64,000 nucleotides of DNA from Hormiphora californensis (Eukaryota; Animalia; Ctenophora), in the NCBI GenBank assembly GCA_020137815.1, contig CM035353.1:124001-188000 (forward strand). The letters are read 5' to 3'. Made by a program: the position numbers and the translations under genes. A model generated the notes under the pieces. That model worked only from the letters and a program-made list of their open reading frames with translations. It made no database searches and was not told where the DNA came from. The stretch's first letter is position 1. The number at the start of each line of letters is the position of its first letter. Shown here in pieces: positions 13,101 through 24,468 of this stretch.

Positions 13101-15744
13101 TTGAAACCCATTCTGGATCCCAGAGTCCAACCCCTAATGGCCTATATAATATCAAAAATTAAATCTGGTGTGTTGTCATTCTTGTTGTATCTTTGGTCCC
13201 TATGTAGCCTAAGTATCTCAATGTGATGACTTCATTCTTGGATTTTGACACCTACCCAGGCAGTTTGTCAACACGGCCTACTAATTAGTTTGTCACCTGT
13301 ATGTTTTACCATCATCTGTAGTAGTAGACCTCACAAAGGAGCCATTAGGCTCTGGGCTAACATTGAATATTTCTAGAGAAAACAGTGCAGATTCAAATGA
13401 GTTGACACGAACGGGGTGGTGCACTTCGTTGCGAAGTCACAGGGCACAATGTAATAATTTCATTACCAAGGGTTATACAGTATCGTGCGTGAATAAAAAT
13501 TCGTATTCGAGAATGCGGGAACGGAGAAACAACAATACAGTCGGACCCCGATTTACCGGGCAAAACCCTTCTAGCATCCCGGTAAATCGGGGGGGGGGGG
13601 GGGGGGGGGGGTGCCCGACTGTATATTATAACTTACCCCACAACTACTACTGCTACGTCTCTTCTTTTTGTGCGGGAAGGTAAACGAGACCCCTCTCCCT
13701 CCAGTTTGCTGTAATGATAGGTCCCGTTGTGGGGATAGTGTGCTTCCGTTCTACACCCTGATCCTCTGCCTCGCCAAGCATCCAATAGCACCCCTGAGAG
13801 AGAGGGGGATGTTAGCACGCACCCCTGTGTGGGAGAGAGAGGAGAATGTTAGGGATCCAATAGCACCCCTGTGTGGGAGAGAGAGGAGAATGTTAGGGAT
13901 CCAATAGCACCCCTGTGGGAGAGGAGAATGTTAGCAACCCTGTGTGGAAGAGAGAGGGGATCATGTTAGGGATCATAATAGCACCCCTGTGTGGGAGAGA
14001 GGAGAATGTTAGGGATCCAATAGCACCCCTGTGTGGGAGAGAGGAGAATGTTAGGGATCCAATAGCACCCCTGTGGGAGAGAGGGGAGAATGTTAGGGAT
14101 CCAATAGCACCCCTGTGGGAGAGGAGAATGTTAGGGATCCAATAGCACCCCTGTGTGGGAGGAGGGAGAATGTTAGGGATCCAATAGCACCCCTGTGGGA
14201 GAGGGAGAATGTTAGGGATCCAATAGCACCCCTGTGGGAGAGGAGAATGTTAGGGATCCAATAGCACCCCTGTGTGGGAGAGGGAGAGAATGTTGGGATC
14301 CAATAGCACCCCTGTGGGAGAGAGGAGAATGTTAGGGATCCAATAGCACCCCTGTGTGGGAGAGAGAGGAGAATGTTAGGGATCCAATAGCACCCCTGTG
14401 TGGGAGAGAGAGGAGAATGTTAGGGATCCAATAGCACCCCTGTGTGGGAGAGAGAGGAGAATGTTAGGGATCCAATAGCACCCCTGTGGAAGAGAGAGAG
14501 AGAGGGGGGATGTTAGGGATCCAATAGCACCCCTGTGGGAGAGGGGATCATGTTAGGGATCCAATAGCACCCCTGTGGGAGGGGAGAATGTTAGGGATCC
14601 AATAGCACCCCTGTGTGAGAGAGAGAGAGAGGAGAATGTTAGGGATCCAATAGCACCCCTGTGTGGGAGAGAGAGGAGAATGTTAGGGATCCAATAGCAC
14701 CCCTGCATGGGAGAGAGGAGAATGTTAGGGATCATAATAGCACCCCTGCATGTGGGAGAGAGAGAGGGGTTATCATGGTGGTACATTTTCGAAAGTTCTA
14801 GAACGGGAATCAATGACAAATATATCAGTGATCCCTTAGGGATCCTCGGCATAGCTATTATAGCAATTCCAAAAATTGAATTTAAGTAACTTGTGAATTG
14901 GACCCGAACTGTGCAGGAATAAACCATTTTATCATAATCTTATTTTTAACTTATTTTTTTAATTAAAAAAATATATAAATCACACAGAAAGACCTCAACA
15001 GTTTTAAAAATAAATCTTTGCCTCAGTTTTAAAGAGAACTGAGGGTTTAAACACACAGGGTGATGCGGATGAGAGTTTGGGGACCATCAAGTGGATGTAC
15101 ATGTACACCTTATAGCTTTCATGTACATCAGCTATTATCGGAAATTTATCTCTCTATAGTCCCTCGCTCTTGATCTCTCCTCTCTCTCCTCTCTCTCGTG
15201 GCTGCTCTCCCTTGGCTCTCGCTCTCCATCATCTTCTTCTGGCTCCCCTCCTCCTCCAATCGCGTCTCCCTCTCTCTCTCTTCTCTCTCTCCTCCTGTCT
15301 CTCGTTCTCTTCGGGGTCGCCATTGCCTCGCCTCGTTGTGCTCTGCCTGTCCTCAGTGCCTCTGGCATTTGCTGCTTTCTTTCGTTTCCTATCTGCTCGT
15401 GATCTTTTCTGTCTAATGTCCTGGTCACTGATCTCTCACTAGAATTGTGCCTCTCGTCTTCGGAGTTTCCGACCTCTACTTTTGACGTCAAAGACCACCA
15501 CCTTCAACTCAAGTACAGAGAACAGAGATCGAGATAGATCGCGATCGCGAGAGATAGCGCGTCTATAGATCGAGCGAGAAGCAGAAGAGAGAGAATATGA
15601 TAGATTTATCTCTTCTATCTTTCTCTCTCGAGCGCTCTCGCTCTATCTCCTCTATCTCGCGAGCTCTCTATCTCTCTCTCTAGCTAGCTCTCTCTTCGTT
15701 CTCTCTCTCTCTCTCGCTCCTCTCTATCTTCATCTCTCTCTCTC

Positions 15745-15775
<31 letters not shown>

Positions 15776-18034
15776 TATCTTCTCTTCTCTCTCCCTCGAT
15801 CTATCTCTCTCTATACTTCCTCTTCTCCTTTTTCTTCTCTTCCTCTCTCTCTCTCTACTCTTTCTCTCTTCTCTCTCTCTCTTTCTCCTCTCTCTCTTTC
15901 CTCCTCTCTCTCTCTCTCTCTCTCTCTCCCCCTCTCTCCCCCTCTCTCCCTAGTGAGATATTAGAGGAGAAGGAAATTATATGGGACGGTCTAAAGAATA
16001 AGACATGGAACGAAAAAAATGAAGAGGATTAATAATAATAAAGTTCTTTTGGTCCTGATTAACATGGTGAAATGGCTCTGTAAGTAGACCTCTTCCAAAC
16101 TAGATTTTGTATCGTACTACCACCAGGTGACGGTAGGATATTATATCAGCTGCATTCAGGGACCTTCATGACACCCATTATCCGGTCCCTTATCAGTGAG
16201 ATTCATGTTATAGCAGTGTGTGTATGTTATAAGATGAACATTATGTAGTGCACATGTTACATTAGAAGGTTGTAGTGCACATACCTTGAGGCGTGACGTA
16301 GACACAAAGAGGGCGTGTGTGTGTGCCTTATTGATAGTAAAGAGGGGTGCATAGGTTATAGGGGAGGAAGAGGAGAGGGGTACCATGTAGTATATCAAAT
16401 GAGGGTAGATTAGACATTATAGATATGACAGAAAGGAGGACCGGGGACTTCCAAAATCCAAGGAGAAACAAATATACAGTCGGAACCCGATGTACCAACT
16501 TGTTCATAATTTTAGCCCGAGATTAGTATATATAAAATTGGTGTCCGTAGTACATGTCAACACTAAATAAGGATCGTGATTTTTGCCCTATAGTGAGTTG
16601 GTTTCTCCCGCTGAGACTGTTTAAAACGTCTACATTTTCCGCCGAAGGAGAAAATCCATTCCCGTTACTATACATCTTGATTACTATTTTAATTCCATGT
16701 ATAATTCTTCTGGGAATGCCGGTAGGGAAACCTAACGAACTATCGCGACTTTCGTCAATACGATTTGGTCGACACTTTAGACCAAATACTCGTGAGTAGA
16801 ACCCATGTGAGTTTATATTCTATGTACAGTATCATTCGTATTCAAATCAAAAGTGAAGATAGGAAGTTCTTCTTTTTGAAGTGAGAGAGAGGTAAAGGGA
16901 GAAATAGAGGAAAAGTAGGAATCTGTAAATTCAGTTATCCAATTTAGTCCCCCACACACACACACACACCAAAGTGTGTGGAAGTGAGAGATATAGAAGA
17001 AGGAAAGAGGAGAGGAGAGAGAGAGAAAAGCAAGAGAGAGTGAGGAGAGAGAGGAAAAAGAGAGAAAGCTGCAAAAGAGAGAGAGAGAGAGGGAAGAGGG
17101 GGAGAGAGAGACGGAGAGAGAGCAGAGAGAGAGAGAGAGAGGGGAAATAGAGCTGAAAGAAAGATTTCGAGAGGGGGAGAGCTGAAGAGAAGAGGGACTG
17201 TGAGATTCAAGCATATCCTGCAAGATTGATGATCTATCGAAATAAGCTGGAACGCTGACAAACTTTTATCAATAACATATATGCTAGTATAACTTGTTGG
17301 TCAATATCTACAAATTTTGTACCTTGCCAGGGGTCGTTTTGTTCGGGGACCTTCTTAAGCAATTTGTTGAGAGTGCAATTATGTCTTATCGCTTCCCACG
17401 GGGGGAGGGGGTATAACGTTACCTTTGTGAACTGACTACTGGCGAAGCCCTCCCAACTCCCAGGGCCCCCCGAAGCTATAATTGCAGACGGTCACACCCC
17501 AACAGAGTAGCTCTTTGCAAGTTAATTTCTGTGCACAAATTCATTTCTTTAAAAACAATACAACTGTGTTGTCATATATATCTCACCTTCCATCCATTTC
17601 CAGCTCGTTTGTAGTAAGGGAAGTGGTGGAGTATCCAGCTGTAAATGTCACTCAGGGTTATCTTCCGTTTTTCCGAGGAGTTAATGGCAAAAGTAATGAG
17701 GTTAGCGTAGGAGTAAGGTGGCTTTACACCCGGGTTCTGGCTTTCTTTTGATGGCACGTATTTGGCGTTAATATCCACGATATGAGAACCGGATTTCCGA
17801 ACCTGACAGGGATCGATGCAATATTATACTATTTAATAAGATGATATGCATGTATACTAAACACCGTACAATGATCATACTGCAGTAGTACGTGGCATGA
17901 GGAAACAACCTGCAACAAACCTTGGGTGCATCTAGGACGTATTGTTGAGTTATATTATTGATTGGACCTCCAGCAGAGAGGCGCGGAAGCCAGTCCATGG
18001 CCGTAAGGCTCGCTGACAAGTCCGGGGCAGACAT
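5759..18034 (-). CDS. FoxJ2/3: Forkhead box J2/3 transcription factor; exons 18034-17921, 17802-17587, ~17397-17323, 13793-13637, 9558-9420, 6469-6396, 6170-6057, 5842-5759 (~323 aa)
   Basis: N-terminal DLSASLTAMDWLPRL. Forkhead domain KPPYSYANLITFAINSS...HFPYYKRAGNGWK | IRHN..LNK..KKVP...DPGK | GCYW. LMESF...DLAASFS motif and C-terminal EIEDNFDWNSIL*, matching FoxJ2/3 termini. Junctions are GT-AG and phase-consistent. Exon 3 is error-ridden and exon 4 has a 1-nt frameshift, both likely sequencing errors. Confidence 0.9.
7160..9329. mobile_element. Foldback-type element built of AAAGCGCTTT/TATAGCGC arrays, in a FoxJ2/3 intron
   Basis: Mirror-image arrays of the AGCGCT palindrome. Landmarks match in inversion: TTCAAAATCCAAAAA at ~7373 versus TTTTTGGATTTTGAA at ~9103. 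The left arm is degraded. Confidence 0.7.
7770..8833. mobile_element. Kolobok-like non-autonomous DNA transposon nested in the foldback array
   Basis: ~215-bp near-perfect TIRs starting AGGGTAGAAGGGCC and ending GGCCCTTCTACCCT. 4-bp TSD TTAT (7766-7769, 8834-8837). Removing the element restores the host unit GCGCTTTATAGCGC. RR..YY termini. Confidence 0.8.
13538..13621. mobile_element. Tc1/mariner (pogo-like) MITE
   Basis: TA|CAGTCGGACCCCGATTTACCGGG ... CCCGGTAAATCGGGG..CCGACTG|TA. Related ends at ~16477, ~18120, 25731 and ~54287. Confidence 0.8.
13780..14760 (-). repeat. Minisatellite, 38-44 bp unit, ~22 copies; the unit is the FoxJ2/3 exon-4 splice acceptor region
   Basis: Minus-strand unit CCCTAACATTCTCCTCTCTCCCACACAG|GGGTGCTATTGGAT. 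The last copy continues into the real exon (GCYWMLGE...). Confidence 0.92.
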
Positions 18035-18599
18035 TCCGAGTTTCTCACATAACTATGAGATATAGTTCAGTTTAATTAGACGATGGAAAGGACTGTTGAC
18101 ACAACCCTTCCCCCCGAGCTTCCCGGTAAATCAGTGTCCGACAGGGGTGTAGGGATCTCACATAACCCCCCACTTTTATTGTAAACTTGTAAAATAACCA
18201 AAAATCATGGACGTCCTTTTTGAATCGCCCCTAATAAATTACAAATTGGCAGTACTTTGTAACTTTTTAGGCCTCTCCAGCTTCTTTCAAATTCACGAAC
18301 CCCAACACCGATTGGCATCACTTTACAACAGCCGAGAAGAAGCTGCCGAAGAGAGATACTACAGTACAGCAGTGCGGGATAATGCAACTCTCCACAAATT
18401 AATGAATTTTAAAAACGCTGAGTGGATTTCAAAATTCTGGTGGACACGCAATTTTTTTTTCTCTTTTCACATTTGCATTTTTATTTTTACAAAAAGGGGT
18501 GCAACGCGCGGCAGAGCATGAAGAGGGTTATCCGCGCGTTACAGTAATAAAATGCGCGTAACACAAATTTGTTCGGTTTTTAAAAATGCGTTGGACACA

Positions 18600-18760
18600 A
18601 AATCTGCTCCAAGCACCAAGAAGGACTCAGTGAGACGATGTCTTTTATGAGACAAAAGCTCAGATTTAGCCTGTTGAGATCAACCTTGGTAGCATTGAGG
18701 GGCACTAAGAGGCGATGTATACCATTTATGCCGAGCGAAGTTGATTTTAGAGTGACGTAA
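18600..18760 (+). mobile_element. 3' fragment of a CRE-clade non-LTR retrotransposon (RLE-domain C-terminus)
   Basis: Translates ...SETMSFMRQKLRFSLLRSTLVALRGTKRR...*, resembling the CRE C-terminal R.RLSF.LLRS...CLRG motif. Confidence 0.7.
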
Positions 18761-19091
18761 TTTATTCTGTGTTTACTTTTATAAATCGCTAGGGACGTGC
18801 GTGGTGTACCAGGAGTGGTGAATTATGCAGCCATTCTTTATTGTGTCTCTACCTCTTTTCTCCGTGTCCTAACACAATATACCTATGGTACACCCGCACA
18901 CGTGTTCCTTCTTCTTATTTCGTCTTTTCAAGATGGCCGTTTTTAAAAACACACAATTTCAAGCCGTTCAAGATCGGGCGCCGTACGATCTGGGTGTTTG
19001 GACACTGAACTGGTGACCTGAGGAACAGAGGAACGAGAAGAACTTAGCATGAGGATCCGAGGATGAATTGATTTATTGTTTCCGTTTTTCG

Positions 19092-19345
19092 ATCTGGGTG
19101 TTTGGAGGCCTGTTTACAGGTGCGCGCTGCCAAAAAAGTTGATTCACTAAAATGGCTCTAACTGCCAAACCACTCAACCGTTTTGGCTGATTCAAAGTTT
19201 ATCTGGTAGGGAATGTCAAGGCCTAACCCCAACCCAAACCCCAACCCAAACCCCAACCCAAACCCCAACCCTAACCCTAACCCTACTTTAGCCCTAACCC
19301 TAAAAAACCGTTTGTCAGCAGTCAGCACTCCCAAAACACCCAGAT
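19092..19345. mobile_element. Non-autonomous element with short inverted ends and internal telomere-like (CCCTAA/CCCAAA)n; Helentron/HINE-like
   Basis: ATCTGGGTGTTTGG ... CCAAAACACCCAGAT ends with T-rich flanks. Hexamer array at 19222-19303. A third copy of the end motif lies at ~18988. Confidence 0.55.
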
Positions 19346-19394
19346 TTTAACGCTGGCCTTCAAGATCGTCTTTTCACGGTTCCTTATGAGATAA

Positions 19395-19724
19395 AGACTT
19401 CAAACCGGTGCAAAAAGTGGAGCAGGGTTCCTTCACGCGTGATGGTACCCTGCTCCACTTCTTGCACCGGTTTGAAGTCTGCCCCTCGTATTCTCCACAT
19501 CTGGAGGTTTTGCCGGAGAAGTAGGGAAGGTTTTGGAGCGAGCGGCCTGGCCAGGAAGATCTGTGACAGGCGTCAGGCACAAGGAATGTTACGCTGAAAC
19601 CATGTCCTTCATTCATGAAAAGACACGATTCAACTTATTGAGATCAACACTTGTTGCGCTTAGGGGCACCAAGAGACGTGTGATCCCAGTCAGAGTGGAA
19701 GATGTTGACTTTCGAGATACTTGA
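19395..19724 (+). mobile_element. Second CRE-clade 3' fragment, interrupted by an inverted duplication
   Basis: VEQGSFT | PLVFSTSGG...YAETMSFIHEKTRFNLLRSTLVALRGTKRR; the VE.G.FTPLVFST.GG motif is typical of CRE RLE domains. Confidence 0.75.
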
Positions 19725-19887
19725 GCAGAGAGAGGGAATGTCGGTAATTTATTGTAATTTATTGTTTTCACTTCAAACCGGCGCCATTCGATCAGCCTTA
19801 GAATTCTCTTTCCAACGGTACCAAAACGATTTTTGTAGGAGGTCAGAAACCAGAGATATGATCAATTATGCTAATAACCGACTCACA

Positions 19888-19925
19888 TTTCAAACTTTTA
19901 AACACTACTTTAAACAAATTAATTT
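19888..19925 (+). other. Spliced-leader-like sequence (ctenophore SL relic)
   Basis: TTTCAAACTTTTAAACACTACTTTAAACAAATTAATTT closely resembles a ctenophore SL exon as I recall it (...CACTACTTTAAACAAATTAATTTGAG). It lacks the terminal GAG|GT donor and an obvious Sm site. Confidence 0.5.
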
Positions 19926-21157
19926 CAAATAGTGAGCCTCTAGGTAGTGGTGGGAACGAAAGATCCAACGAGGGCGATAACCGGTAACCCTACGAATGAA
20001 CGATTGATAAAAGCAGTTAACGGCCATATTAAGAAATTATGAATTTGAGAATGGAGTTCGAGGATAGAGCTAACTTTTGAACCCGAGATGGTAACGAATA
20101 ACTACAACTTTATCAATTCCCTGAATCCCTGAGTCAAAACTGGCCCCCGATAGTGTTGGTGACGATATATGCCGTCCATACCAATTACACTCGCCGATTG
20201 CAGGCCCTCGACAGCTTTCGAACGCACCCTAGAACACCTTTGTAACCCTTCTAATTGCCGAGATATGCATGCCCGGATACCCCTACTTAAAGTGTTTTTC
20301 GCGTTCTACCCCTTCTGGGGTTGATACGGCCATCGCCAACGAGCCCTAGAAATACCTCTCTACGACTTCAAAACTTTCACTAGGGTTCATTTGGACTCTT
20401 TAATTACCCTTTAATTACATTTTGCCTTGCCAGGTCCCCAATACAAGACAAGAGGGAGCTGTGGGGGGCTAGATCATCATTAAGTGGTCTAAGATAACTG
20501 TTCTAACGGACCTAGAGAGAGAGCCACTAATATTTTAAAACTCTCTCTGGTGCAGCGCTTAATCTGTGCGTTGGGCTCAAGCACGGGGGAGAGAGCTGCC
20601 ATGTAATTGTAAGGGGGAGAGGAGCAGAGAACCTGTTGCTCTTGATAGGGAGAGAACTTGGAGTCACGAGAGGAGCGATTAGCTCGAGGAGCGCTTATCG
20701 TGACTTTGCTAAAACTCATCCTCGTAGTGATCTATAATTACAGACAGGAAAATATTGCACTCTCCCTCTCGGTAAAGCCCCTTACTAAACTCAGAGTCAC
20801 GACAGGAGCGATTAGCTCAAGGAGAGCTTATTGTGACTTTATCATTAGCACATAGAGTTATCTTGAATTCGTTTCTGTTATTCGTAAACTTTATATTCGC
20901 AAACCCTATTTATAAAATTGCCAGTGCGAATTTTTATTGAAGATTTAGATGGATGCATTAAGAGAAATTTTACTGCTACTAGTCAGATTTTTGAAGTTGT
21001 CACCCCCAAACTCACACGCATGTGATACCTACTGATAACAAATATGTACTGAGGAAAAAATCCGACGTTAGTGTATGAGACTTCAGACTATTATACCTAA
21101 CTTTTTTAAATTTTTCTAGTCGTGTTCAATGTTTGTGATTTGATCTAAAAAGGGAGT

Positions 21158-23167
21158 ATGCGATCGGTTCTGTTTCTGACCGTGGTTCTCCTTTGTCTGG
21201 GGACAGCTACAAAAACTGTATCAGGTTAGTAAAGCGCCCCCCTCCCCCCAGTAAAGCCAATGAAACTGTTAGGAAAGCCCGACCACTATAAAACATGGTT
21301 AACCACTAACAAATTCTAATGAGAAGGATGGATATGTAACACGATACTTTTGTTAGTGGTCGGGCTTTCCTGACAGTGCGAACCAATTTGTGATGATTCA
21401 GCCAAGCAAGAACTAAACCCCAGTTATTTCTTTACCGTTGGTTCCAAATTTCTCTCAGACTGGACAGCTGTAGAGCAGGGTGTGAAGATACCCTGGGACC
21501 TGGAGGGAACAGCTCTCCAGATAAAGACGGACTCTACACTGGGTAGTGGTGAGGAGATCAGTGTGAAGATGTACGACAAGGACGGCAGCTTTATCAGATT
21601 TGTGGCTGTGAAGTTCTCCTCTCCAATGCAGTATTATGTAGGCTGGTGCAACTACTTCACAGACCTGCCAGTGCAACCCCCGGTGGAGGTGGATAAGATC
21701 TGGACCATCACCAAAACAGAGACCGGCTTCATCATCACATGTAACAATGTGAAGGTGCTGAACTACCTGTTCGCAGATAGTTCAGAGAGCAACTGTGTTC
21801 CAAAGTGGGGTGGTGATGTTGTGGAGGAGATCAAGTTTAGCAGCACTTATGACAAAGCATCTGACTTCTACAGAGCAGGTAAGGGTCTTGGTATCGAAGA
21901 CACCTCATACTCTGTTTAGGCTTCACGGCCTTCGTTTGGTGCGCTTTGCACACCGGCAAGTGAGGGGTCTAAATTTAATGTATAGGTCTGCCAGCCAGGC
22001 ACAGCATGTAATGTGGGTTTTTAATATTATACATTACGCATTAAGCAACGTGGTTCAACTATAATAATGATGGACCACATCGTAATTAGCTTTCCATAGC
22101 ATGTCCCCTGCAAACTGCAATTAACTCACACCAATTACAATTTCCATTCAGAAGCTCATTGTCCTGCCTTTACTGTTGAGTGATCAACACAAGGAAGCTG
22201 GAATGCCTCACCAACCGGGACAACTGCAAATCGATGTGGCAGCTTGCCAACCTATCCTAAATCCTTCGGGAACTCTGATATCTACTGTCTTGGGGATCTG
22301 TCATGGGAGTGATGTACCACAGTGTGGTAAATCTGGTAAGTATATTTTGTAAAAGCAGCTCATTGGCCATATCATAAATCGTTCGAAAGGAACGATGTTG
22401 AGTACTGTTCTCCCCTCTGGTCACCATGCAAGATTGGGAAATGCAACGTTTGAGGAGTCCAGAGGTACTTCACGCGAAAGATTGAAGAGAGCTACGGCAT
22501 GAACTAGTACTGGGAACGCCTTCAGCACCTCAAGATTCTCTCACTGCAACGAGAGAAAGAGAGAGACGAAGACAATATCATCACGCCGTGGAAAATCATT
22601 CCGAAATGGCTCCCAAACTCCAGGATGACATATTCTATCGGGAAGAAGAGCGGGGGCGTGTAAAGCTACTCGACCAAAGCTATATACAGATGCACAGGAC
22701 TCCGTTCAATCGCTCAGAGATGAATCATTCAATATGAAAGCTGCTCAACTCTTCAACAGAATCCAAAAATCGTACGACGATCTACAACTCTAGAAAGGTT
22801 AAAGATCGAACTGGGAAATATGCTTGAAACCATTCCTGACTACCAGCTCCTGCTAAAGGAAGGCATATAGTAAAGCTCACTTCACAACCACTTCACGCGG
22901 ATACATTTGTTGAGTGCGTGGTATAAATTCTTGTGATATAAATATTTTTAAATCTTGTAAATCTTGTAAACTCTTGTAAACTCTATCTTTCAGTGTGCCC
23001 CGGGTTTACCGTGGATGGGTCAGTACAAGGAAGTTGGACCGAAATAGATCCAGGAGAGACAGTGACCATCAACTGTCAGAAGAAGCATGTTCTGGACGGT
23101 AGCTCTAAGAGGACCTGTAACGCTGACAGAGAGTGGAATATTGATGCTCCTCTCTGCAGGAAACTGA
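21158..23167 (+). CDS. Secreted protein: signal peptide + ~140-aa ctenophore-type beta domain + two Sushi/CCP-like modules; exons 21158-21224, 21459-21878, 22152-22334, 22994-23167; 3' end not found
   Basis: MRSVLFLTVVLLCLGTA signal peptide. All introns are phase 1, GT-AG. CPGFTV...TINC...SSKRTC...W...PLC Sushi pattern. Exon 3 has a TGA and frameshifts (sequencing error or pseudo-exon). Confidence 0.75.
21266..21378. mobile_element. Small MITE in intron 1
   Basis: ACTGTTAGGAAAGCCCGACCACTA / TAGTGGTCGGGCTTTCCTGACAGT inverted repeat. Confidence 0.65.
22360..22860 (+). mobile_element. Degraded CR1-group LINE RT C-terminal fragment in an intron
   Basis: Fragments EYCSPLWSP, VQRYFTRKI and YWERLQHLKILSLQR, with frameshifts. 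Confidence 0.75.
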
Positions 23168-24123
23168 GTGAGTATTCTGCAGGAAACTGAGTGAGTATTC
23201 TGCAGTCAGGAAAGGGTTTGGTTACACGTAATGGGCGCCGGCAAGGGGTAATTCTCGTGCTAGTATAGTCCAATCGATTAAAGAATGTCAAATGAGCCAT
23301 ATAGTGAATAAGATTGATATCTCCTTCCGGCTGGATAAATTATAAACGGGTATTTTATTGTAGAACGGGTATTTTAATGCAGGACAATCAACCGATCCTT
23401 TATCTCTGAACCATATAATTTAGCTGTAAAAAGTTGGGCAACTTTTTGCGGTTATTTATTATAAATTTTGATTTTTGGTGTCAATTTAACGGGACAGACT
23501 CTACTACGCTGGAATGTAGTGTAATGATACATTATCGCTCACTGCTCAGTTCCATTCTAAGGCTGACATTTCCAGTGTTTTTCTGCGGACACGTCTTTCG
23601 TAGCTCTCGTGGGAAAAATTAGGAAAGTTGAGGCTAAAAGATTGTATCGATTTGCGGGGGCGTAGTAAGAACTTCACCATGTAAAATCCACTACAAGAAA
23701 AAACCGTTGCATTTTTTAGCTGAGCCGATAACTAGATCTACGCCTCTCCCAATTCATAATCGCGCCTTTTTTTATTGCACTTGATACAACATCTGAAGTC
23801 TGAATGGGCTCTGAATATATTATGTTACTTTTCACAAACTGTTTTGTGTTGTTATCGAACAGTTGGAATCATTTCACAGATTTTTTGTCCGATTTTGATG
23901 AAAGTTTGTACAAATTAGGATCGTTTCGTGTGATTATAATGATCATTTAGATGGTTTTCCCGTAATCAGTTATTATATCCCGTTGGAGAAGATATAAATG
24001 TAAATGCAGAGCTTGCACGTTACATGCTACGTTTAAGACACTGACAGCGATACGTTCATCGTTCATATAATTTCCTCTAGCAGGAACTCTGATCCAGAGT
24101 GTTTTAATAAATATGATATATAT

Positions 24124-24468
24124 ATATGCCAAAAACTAACAGAAATTAGTTGGCTGAAAAGTTACCACTTTTTTTGTCAAATTGACACTTGCCCTCCTCC
24201 TGGGTTTCATCCTCAATCTTCCATCCTCTATTTATATCTCTCTCTTTCTCTCTCTAATCTCTCTCTCTACATTCCTCTCTTCGTCTCTCTCTCTCTCTCT
24301 TCTCTTTCTCTTCCTCCATATCGCTCTCTATCTGCTCTCTAAACTCCCTGATTTAACCCCCTGATTTACCCAATCGAATGATCCCTAACCCGGGCCGGGC
24401 CAAGTGTCATTTGACAACAAAAGTGGTCACCTTTCAGCCAACTAATTTCTTGTTTATTTTTTGGCATA
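24124..24468. mobile_element. MITE with ~65-bp TIRs enclosing a (CT)-rich core
   Basis: TATGCCAAAAA...AGAAATTAGTTGGCTGAAA...TGACACTTG / CAAGTGTCA...TTTCAGCCAACTAATTTCT...TTTTTGGCATA. Confidence 0.75.

Noticed and set aside
17323-17397. FoxJ2/3 as a pseudogene because exon 3 is corrupted and exon 4 is frameshifted
   Set aside because: The other exons and splice phases are intact and the surrounding sequence looks like noisy consensus. Sequencing error is more likely, though reads are needed to confirm.
22179-22181. In-frame TGA as selenocysteine or readthrough
   Set aside because: It aligns to Gly in the paralogous Sushi exon and the same exon has frameshifts, so error or decay is more likely.
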